From the NCBI GenBank assembly GCA_007131435.1, contig SLQM01000188.1:1-34045 (forward strand): a DNA stretch of 34,045 nt, read 5' to 3'. Source of the stretch: Syntrophomonadaceae bacterium. Its GTDB lineage: Bacteria > Bacillota > Dethiobacteria > DTU022. The translations under genes and the position numbers were made by a program. The notes below the pieces were generated by a model. That model was not told the DNA's origin. It searched no databases and saw nothing but the letters and a program-made list of their open reading frames with translations. How positions within the stretch are numbered: position 1 is the stretch's first letter; each line of letters begins with the position of its first letter. This document shows positions 27,442 to 34,045 of this stretch, piece after piece.

Positions 27442-30114
27442 TCAGGCTTTTTCGATGCTGATGGCGCAAACCTTTGTCTCCGGCGTTTTGGCTACCGGAT
27501 CGAGGGCCGAGCTGGTCAGTAAGTTGGTCGGACACTCGGCAAAGTGGAAACTTAAAGCAGCTACTCCGGGTTGGCTACGCCTGGTAATCCTGGCCTTTAC
27601 TTCCAGTTCACCGCGTCGTGATTTTACCTTAACCAGGTCGCCGTCTGCAATGCCCATCCTCTCGGCATCAGCCGGGTTGATCTTGATATGTTCGCCACCG
27701 CTCAGCTCATCCAGCCCCTCTGAATAACGGGTCATGGTACTGTGGAACTGGTAGAGGCTGCGCTCGGTGGTCAGGATCAAGGGAAAGTCAAAATCACAGC
27801 AATCTTCAGAAGGCCTGTAGGAAAGTGGCATCAGCTTGCCCTTGCCGGACGGGGTATTGAACTTTTCCGTATGAAGGACCGGGGTGCCCGGGTGATCTTC
27901 TGCCGGGCAGGGCCACTGGATTCCACCATGCTCAAGTCGCTCGTAAGTAATTCCGGCATAGCTGGGGGTAACCGCAGAAATCTCCCTGAAAATATCGGCT
28001 GCGCTGTTGTAGGCAAAACCTTCAGCTCCCATTTCATTGGCGATGGCGCTGATAATCCACCAGTCTGGTTTCGCTTCACCGACCGGTTCAATAACCTTGC
28101 GTACCCGCTGCACGCGGCGCTCGGTATTGACAAAAGTGCCGTTTTTCTCGGCAAAAGAAGCTGCCGGAAGAACAACATCTGCCTTCTGGGCGGTTTCGTT
28201 CAGGAATATATCCTGGACAACGAAGAATTCCAGCTTTTCCATCGCCTCGATGGAATGCGAGGCATTGGCCTCAGTCAGCACCGGGTTTTCGCCAACCAGG
28301 TAAAGGGCTTTGACATCGTTCCTGTAGGCGGCATCGAAAATCTCAGTGTGGGTGAGGCCCGGTTTGGGGTTCAGCTCAATTTTCCAGCTGCCCTCAAATT
28401 TTTGCCTTGCCCCTTCATCTTCTACCTTCTGGTAACCGGTGTAAACGTTGGGCAGCGAACCCATGTCGCAGGCGCCCTGCACGTTGTTCTGTCCGCGCAG
28501 GGGATTAACCCCGCCAGAAATGTTGCCCAGGTTACCGGTAATCAGGGCCAGGTTGCTTAAGGCCAGCACGTTGTCCGTGCCGTGGGAATGCTGGGTAATA
28601 CCCATGCAGTAGAGCAGCGATGCCGGGCTGTTCTGGGCATACATTCTTGCCGCTTCAACTATTTTTTCTTCCGGTACGCCGGTTATATCGCTGACAAAAT
28701 CAAGGCTAAACTCCGAGAGCGATTCTTTAAAGGCCTCAAAGTTTTCAGTGCGCTCCTCTATATATTGCTGGTTGTGCAGCCCTTCCTCGACAATCACGCG
28801 GGCCATGCCCATCAGCAGGGCAACGTCGCTGCCCGGCCTGATCTGGAGGAAAAGATCGGCAAAGCGGACCAGCGGAACTTCCTGCGGATTCGCAACAATC
28901 AGCTTTGCCCCGCGGCGCACCGCTTTTTTAACCTGGTAGCCAATAATCGGGTGCGCCTCGGTAGTGCTTGTGCCGATAGCCATGATGCAGGCTGAATCGG
29001 ATACTTCACCAATCGTGTTGGTCATTGCCCCGCTGCCCAGTGTAGTGGCCAGACCGGCCACGGTGGGAGCGTGTCAGAGACGGGCGCAGTGATCGATATT
29101 GTTGGTGCCCATCACCGCGCGGGTAAATTTCTGCAGCACATAGTTATCTTCCACGGTGCACTTGGCTGAAGCAATAGTTGCGAACTGGTCACCTTTATAC
29201 TGGCCAAGTTTTTCGGAAATCAGTGAAATGGCCTCTTCCCAGCTGGCTTCAACAAGCTCACCGTCCCTGCGGATCAGCGGGGTGGTAAGGCGCTCGGGGG
29301 AATTAACAAAACTGAGGCCATAGCGCCCCTTAACGCAGAGGCTGCCGCCGCTGACCGGGCTGTCCTCCACCGCCGTGGAGCTGACAAGTTTGCCGCCTCT
29401 GGCCCCGACCAGGATGTTGCAGCCGCAGCCGCAGAAGGGGCAGACCGTTTCAACTTCGTAGGTCGGTTCAATCGCCTTTTGAGGAACAAGTGCCCCAACA
29501 GGGCAGCGCGACACACACTCGCCGCAGGTGACACAGGTGGAATCGATAATCGGCTTGTCGCCAAGCACGCTGATCCGCGTTTCAATACCGCGGAAGGCGA
29601 AATCGATACATTCATCGCCCTGGATCTCTTCACAGGTGCGCACGCAAATGCCGCATAAAACACATTTGTTCATATCACGCTGGTAATAGGGGTTTGAATC
29701 ATCAATCGGAAAATCGAGCGCCGGTGCGCGCATGGCGCTAATCCGCTCTTCATCGATCCCGACGTAGCGGGTCAACTCCTGCAGTTTACAGTAGCTATTC
29801 TTGGCGCAGTTCTGGCAGTCGTAATCATGGTGAAGAATGAGCAGTTCCATGTTTACCTTGCGGGTCATATCCAGCTCTTCGCTGGAAGTGGTAACCACCA
29901 TTCCTTCTTCTACCGGGGTCATACAGGATACTGTCGGCCGGCGCCCTTCAATTTCAACCAGGCAAACCCTGCAGATGCCGACCGAGGTCAGGTCTTGATG
30001 ATCGCAGAGGTGGGGAATATAGATGCCGTTCTCCAGGGCTGCCCTCAATATAGAGGTGCCCTTTTCCGCCTTTATCTCCACACCATCTATGGTTAAGGTA
30101 ATTAACTCTGACAT
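27442..30114 (-). CDS. fdhF: Formate dehydrogenase alpha subunit, selenocysteine-containing (890 aa, Sec at codon 347)
   Basis: ORFs 29074..30114 and 27442..29061 are in one frame joined by NNIDHCARL-TGA-HAPTVAGL. N-terminal 2Fe-2S/4Fe-4S domains, CPFCGCGC, LRGQNNVQGACD and molybdopterin-binding motifs. Confidence 0.95.
29045..29061 (-). promoter_or_regulatory. SECIS element of fdhF
   Basis: GTGGCC-GGTCT-GGCCAC hairpin starting 12 nt after the in-frame UGA (29076-29074). Confidence 0.8.
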
Positions 30115-31955
30115 TTACAACCCTCCTCGCATACTTCAACTTCTTCTTCAGTCTTTAAACCCTCCGAGACAACCACTACTGCGCTCACTTTCTTCGGGCA
30201 GGCATCGAAACAGGCTGAGCACTGGGTGCAAAGCTCCTGGTCGATCTCGTGCGGTTGTTTCTTTTCCCCTGTAATTGCATCGACCGGGCAGGCCTTGATG
30301 CAGCGCTGGCAGCCTATACACTTTTCAGCATCAATGTAGTACTGCAGGAGGGGCTTACAGACCAGGGCAGGGCAGCGTTTCTCGTTAACGTGTGCTTCGT
30401 ACTCGTCGCGGAAGTAGCGCAGCGTGGTGAGAACCGGGTTGGGCGCAGTCTGGCCCAGGCCACACATTGAGCCTTTCTTCACCGCCGTGGCCAACTCTTC
30501 GAGCAAAGCAACGTCTTCTGGTTTACCGCGCCCCTCGGTTATATCCTCTAAAATATCGTACATCTGGTTTGTGCCGATCCGGCAGGGGATACACTGCCCG
30601 CAGGATTCTTTCTTGGTGAAACTTAAGAAATAGCGAGCCAGGTCGACCATGCAGGTATCTTCGTCAACCACAACCAGTCCACCGGAACCCATCATCGCCC
30701 CGGCAGCGGTCAGGGAATCGAAGTCAATCGGCAGATCGAGGTGTTCTTCTGGTATACAGCCACCCGAAGGTCCGCCGATCTGGGCTGCCTTGAATTTCTT
30801 GCCAAACCTGATTCCGCCGCCGATATCGAAAACGACCTCGCGGATGGTGATACCCATGGGCACTTCCACCAGGCCGGTATTGTTAACCTTGCCGGTCAGG
30901 GCAAAAACCTTGGTCCCCTTACTGCCCTCGGTGCCGACGGAAGCAAACTGCTCGGCGCCGCGGCGCAAAATTAGCGGCACGTTGGCTAATGTTTCCACGT
31001 TGTTGATCACAGTTGGCTTGTTCCAGAGTCCCTCGACTGCAGGAAATGGCGGGCGGTGACGGGGCACGCCTCTTCTACCCTCGATTGAGGCAAGAAGTGC
31101 AGTTTCTTCACCGCAAACGAAAGCACCTGCTCCTTCCTTGATTTTCACCTTGAAGTTAAAACCAAATCCTAAAATATTTTCACCCAGCATGCCGTATTCT
31201 TCAGCCTGCCTGATAGCGGTGCGCAGGCGCTGGATAGCCAGTGGGTACTCGGAACGGACATAGATATAGCCTTCATCAGCATTTATTGCCTGGCCGGTAA
31301 TCATCATCCCTTCCAAAACAGCGTGGGGATCGCCTTCGAGCAGGGAACGGTCCATGAAGGCCCCGGGATCGCCTTCGTCAGCGTTACAGACAACATACTT
31401 TTTAGCTCCCTCACTGCTCAGGCAAAACTGCCACTTCATCCCGGTAGGGAAACCTGCTCCACCGCGGCCACGTAGGCCGGAGCTTTTAATTTCTTCAACC
31501 ACCTCAGACGGCTCCATCTTCAGGGCATTTTTAAGACCCAGGTAACCGCCTCGTATTATATATTCGTCTATATTTTCAGGGTCTATAACCCCGCAGTTGC
31601 GCAGCGCCAGGCGCTGCTGCTTGCTATAAAACATGATCTTATCATGGTTAATAACAATTTCCTCCGATACAGGGTCCTTGTAGAGCAGGCGCTCCACCAT
31701 GTTGCCCTTTATCAGGTATTCTTCAACTAATTCAGGTACATCTTCAGCCTGGACCCCGCAGTAGAATACATCTTCAGGGAAAACGATAAAAAGCGGGCCC
31801 TTTTCACAGAAGCCGTGACAACCGGACATGATGATCCGCACTTTATCCTGCAGGTTGTGTTCCTGCAAAGATTTTATAAGCGCTTCCTGGACCTTGTCAG
31901 CGCCCGAGGAGATACAGCCCGTTCCGGCACAGATCAGAATATGTCTTTCATACAC
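30102..31955 (-). CDS. nuoF: NuoF/HydB-like NAD(H)/FMN-binding subunit
   Basis: N-terminal thioredoxin-like 2Fe-2S domain (CAGTGC...GCHGFCEKGP), GRGGAGFPTG, NADEGDPG, CGEETAL, ESCGQCIPCR and a C-terminal 2x4Fe-4S domain. Start GTG 31955 after AAGGAG; TTG 31976 is the alternative. Confidence 0.92.
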   Translation of the reverse strand: MYERHILICAGTGCISSGADKVQEALIKSLQEHNLQDKVRIIMSGCHGFCEKGPLFIVFPEDVFYCGVQAEDVPELVEEYLIKGNMVERLLYKDPVSEEIVINHDKIMFYSKQQRLALRNCGVIDPENIDEYIIRGGYLGLKNALKMEPSEVVEEIKSSGLRGRGGAGFPTGMKWQFCLSSEGAKKYVVCNADEGDPGAFMDRSLLEGDPHAVLEGMMITGQAINADEGYIYVRSEYPLAIQRLRTAIRQAEEYGMLGENILGFGFNFKVKIKEGAGAFVCGEETALLASIEGRRGVPRHRPPFPAVEGLWNKPTVINNVETLANVPLILRRGAEQFASVGTEGSKGTKVFALTGKVNNTGLVEVPMGITIREVVFDIGGGIRFGKKFKAAQIGGPSGGCIPEEHLDLPIDFDSLTAAGAMMGSGGLVVVDEDTCMVDLARYFLSFTKKESCGQCIPCRIGTNQMYDILEDITEGRGKPEDVALLEELATAVKKGSMCGLGQTAPNPVLTTLRYFRDEYEAHVNEKRCPALVCKPLLQYYIDAEKCIGCQRCIKACPVDAITGEKKQPHEIDQELCTQCSACFDACPKKVSAVVVVSEGLKTEEEVEVCEEGCKCQS

Positions 31956-31994
31956 TTTGGTCTTCTCTCCTTTCAATAAACATGGGAATTATAT

Positions 31995-32174
31995 TTAGTG
32001 TTCCCGGAAAGCGGAACTGTGTGAATATTTTTCAACTATCTCCTGGCGGGCTTTTTTGCAGGGCTCGCTTTCATGGCAGAGCGGCCCTTCCAGGCAGCAC
32101 TCCACAAAGACATCACACCGCTTTTCTTCACTGTTGAAGCATTTCTCACAGCAGTGATCGATGAATTTTTCCAC
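31995..32174 (-). CDS. Small Cys-rich protein (59 aa, 8 Cys) inside the fdh operon
   Basis: GTG immediately after the nuoE TAA, with a G-rich RBS; MEKFIDHCCEKCFNSEEKRCDVFVECCLEGPLCHESEPCKKARQEIVEKYSHSSAFREH; just under the ORF track cutoff. Confidence 0.7.
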   Translation of the reverse strand: MEKFIDHCCEKCFNSEEKRCDVFVECCLEGPLCHESEPCKKARQEIVEKYSHSSAFREH

Positions 32175-32651
32175 TTATGCTTCCCCCCCTTCCGCATCTT
32201 CGCCGAAGGTTGCCAGAATTTTTTTCATTTTATCGGGATCTAGCTTGCCGAAGGTGGTTTTGTCAATGGTCATCACGGGAGCCAGGCCGCAGGCCCCGAT
32301 ACAGGCCACTTCTTCATAGGTAAACTTCATGTCTTCGGTTGTGCCGTTTACCTCTACATCCAGCTCAGTCTTGATCCTGTCGGCAATCTTGCTGGCCCCG
32401 CGCACGTGGCAGGCCGTTCCGCAGCAAAGGCGGATTATATGATTACCCCGGGGTTGGAGGTGAAAGCGGGCATAAAAGGTTGCCACGCCGAATACTTTAC
32501 TTTCAGGCACCCGCACAAAACGAGCCACTTCGCGCATTGCTTCCTCGGGTAGGTAGCCTATCTCTTCCTGCACATCCTGCAGGACGGGGATCAATTCATT
32601 TTTTTCGCCCTTGTATGAAGCAAATACTGTATTTAATTGTTCTTCCATCAT
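32175..32651 (-). CDS. nuoE: NuoE/HydC-like 2Fe-2S subunit
   Basis: LIPVLQDVQEEIGYLP, GVATFY, CCGTACHVRG and CIGACGLAPV motifs. Confidence 0.93.
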   Translation of the reverse strand: MMEEQLNTVFASYKGEKNELIPVLQDVQEEIGYLPEEAMREVARFVRVPESKVFGVATFYARFHLQPRGNHIIRLCCGTACHVRGASKIADRIKTELDVEVNGTTEDMKFTYEEVACIGACGLAPVMTIDKTTFGKLDPDKMKKILATFGEDAEGGEA

Positions 32652-32769
32652 TTCACTCCCTTTAGTGCATATTCTTGGTTTAAGGCGGCCTTAAAATTTA
32701 ATCCCTCTTTGTCAGGTTAAGCCCGATACTATAAATAGCCAATCATACTGGACATAAACAGACCTCACC

Positions 32770-32799
32770 TTATTCTCTTTTTGCTGATGTGAATCCTGC
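32770..32799 (-). promoter_or_regulatory. SigH-type promoter upstream of the fdh operon
   Basis: GCAGGATTC-12 nt-AGAGAATAA (AGGA-18 nt-GAAT). Confidence 0.55.
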
Positions 32800-32904
32800 C
32801 AAAAAGGTTGAAATAATTGAGAAAAACAAAAGACGCAATATTTCAAAGGTTGGTAAAGTAGCAAAATCCTAATTTTACAGATTCGTGTAGTGTATCTTAA
32901 TATG

Positions 32905-32933
32905 TTGCCTTAATTAGATCTTCGTAATATAAT
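32905..32933 (+). promoter_or_regulatory. SigA promoter of the ferritin gene
   Basis: TTGCCT-17 nt-TATAAT. Confidence 0.65.
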
Positions 32934-32992
32934 TATATACAGTTATGCGTAAATCATGTTTCCTGATCTTTATTGAAGGAGGAAGAAACTAA

Positions 32993-33499
32993 ATGTTATC
33001 TAAAAAGTTATTAACCAAACTGAATGAACAGATTACCCATGAATTTTTTTCGGCTCACTATTACCTGGCTATGGCCGCCTATTTTAAGAAGGAAGACCTT
33101 GATGGTTTTGCCAACTTCTTCGAGGTACAGGCCGAAGAAGAACGCTTTCATGCCATGAAATTTTTTAACTTTATTTATGACCAGGGTGAAGAAGCAGTAA
33201 TAACCGGCTTTAAAGATCCCAAGCGCGATTTCGAATCAGCCGAAGAAATTTTCGGCCTGGCCCTGGAGCATGAAAAGCTGGTCAGCAGCCTGATCAATGA
33301 GCTGATGAGTATTGCCCAGGAAGAACAGCACTACCCCAGCATCAGCTTTTTGCAGTGGTTCATTGATGAACAGGTGGAAGAAGAAGCAGGCATGAGCAAG
33401 CTTTTAAGCACAGTTAAACGGGTAGGAGAGAAGGGCCACGGCATCTTAATGCTTGACAGGGAACTGGCAGCCCGGACTTTTACCCCCGAAAGTGAATAA
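32993..33499 (+). CDS. ftnA: Non-heme ferritin
   Basis: LNEQITHEF.S..YL.MA, QAEEERFHAMK, HEK.V and FLQWFIDEQVEEE motifs. Confidence 0.95.
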   Translation: MLSKKLLTKLNEQITHEFFSAHYYLAMAAYFKKEDLDGFANFFEVQAEEERFHAMKFFNFIYDQGEEAVITGFKDPKRDFESAEEIFGLALEHEKLVSSLINELMSIAQEEQHYPSISFLQWFIDEQVEEEAGMSKLLSTVKRVGEKGHGILMLDRELAARTFTPESE

Positions 33500-33521
33500 T
33501 CCTTAATCATTCGCATAGCAT

Positions 33522-33546
33522 AAGCCCGTCTGAAAATGACGGGCTT
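33522..33546. terminator. Intrinsic terminator
   Basis: AAGCCCGTC-tgaaaat-GACGGGCTT after the ferritin gene. Confidence 0.7.
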
Positions 33547-33612
33547 GGCTTTAAAATACAATATTCTAGCCTAATATAAATGTTAGCCGTACCGGCAGGC
33601 GAAAGGTAAATA

Positions 33613-34045
33613 TTACTCAACCAGCAAAATAGCGTAACGATTCATTTCTTCATCGTAGCTGCGCAATACTTTAATCGGGTAACCAACGCTGCGCACGGTA
33701 CTGAAAAGATCAACAGCCAGAGATTCCGGGCCGGGACGGGCATCATCCTTATTTATGCAGGTAGTCCTTTCTCCCGTACAGGTAGAACAAAGGCGGCACT
33801 CATCCATAAAGAGCATAAAGGCTTTGTGGTAACCGGACAGGAAAACCTCCCTCTCAAGCTTTACCAGTTCCTTGCTCAGCTCCCTGCTCCAAAGAACCCG
33901 GTCTTCAGGACGTTCTACAGTTTTCTCGAAGCGGAAGATAACCGCGTCAGTGTATTCGGAGAAAAAAGCCCGGCACTCTTCAACAGAAGGGACCTGCGGA
34001 GGACAGGTTCCTTTTTTACCGAAACTACTGCATCCAAAGGTGCAT
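33613..34045 (-). CDS. DUF2284 family Cys-rich metal-binding protein (5' end outside the window)
   Basis: Frame open to the window edge: CTFGCSSFGKKGTCPPQVPSVEECRAFFSEY...LEREVFLSGYHKAF...CRLCSTC...C...ARPGPESLAVDLFSTVR. Confidence 0.85.
   Translation of the reverse strand, partial: CTFGCSSFGKKGTCPPQVPSVEECRAFFSEYTDAVIFRFEKTVERPEDRVLWSRELSKELVKLEREVFLSGYHKAFMLFMDECRLCSTCTGERTTCINKDDARPGPESLAVDLFSTVRSVGYPIKVLRSYDEEMNRYAILLVE

Noticed and set aside
27742-28560. 272-aa + strand ORF and other antisense ORFs across the fdh operon
   Set aside because: Shadows of GC-rich coding sequence on the opposite strand
29062-29076. fdhF as a pseudogene or two genes
   Set aside because: The stop is an in-frame TGA at the Sec position with a SECIS hairpin
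1-34045. CRISPR arrays, IS elements, prophage, tRNA/rRNA genes
   Set aside because: No regularly spaced repeats, transposase or integrase ORFs, or RNA-gene signatures were seen by eye

Overview
A 34 kb chromosomal window from an anaerobic, probably spore-forming Firmicute (SigA- and SigH-type promoters, CotH, CAP and AbrB-family genes). I saw no mobile elements, CRISPR arrays, rRNA or tRNA genes. It is rich in Fe/S/Se redox genes: an iscS-like/iscU/tusA/dsrE operon, rubrerythrin, rubredoxin, ferritin and a NuoE/NuoF-coupled formate dehydrogenase. Main observations: (1) The IscS homologue has lost the PLP Schiff-base lysine and several other PLP/substrate residues but keeps its persulfide-loop Cys. 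It is co-transcribed with an intact IscU, a TusA with a Cys-rich extension and a DsrE protein, behind a consensus promoter overlapped by a CymR/IscR-type palindrome. This suggests a cysteine-independent sulfur-relay route to Fe-S assembly. (2) Two in-frame UGA codons are probably selenocysteine: one in FdhF and one in a 92-aa GG-U-GG-C protein missing from the ORF track. (3) A hidden 59-aa, 8-Cys ORF lies in frame just upstream of nuoF. (4) The GGDEF domain has Asn at the guanine-recognising Asp position.
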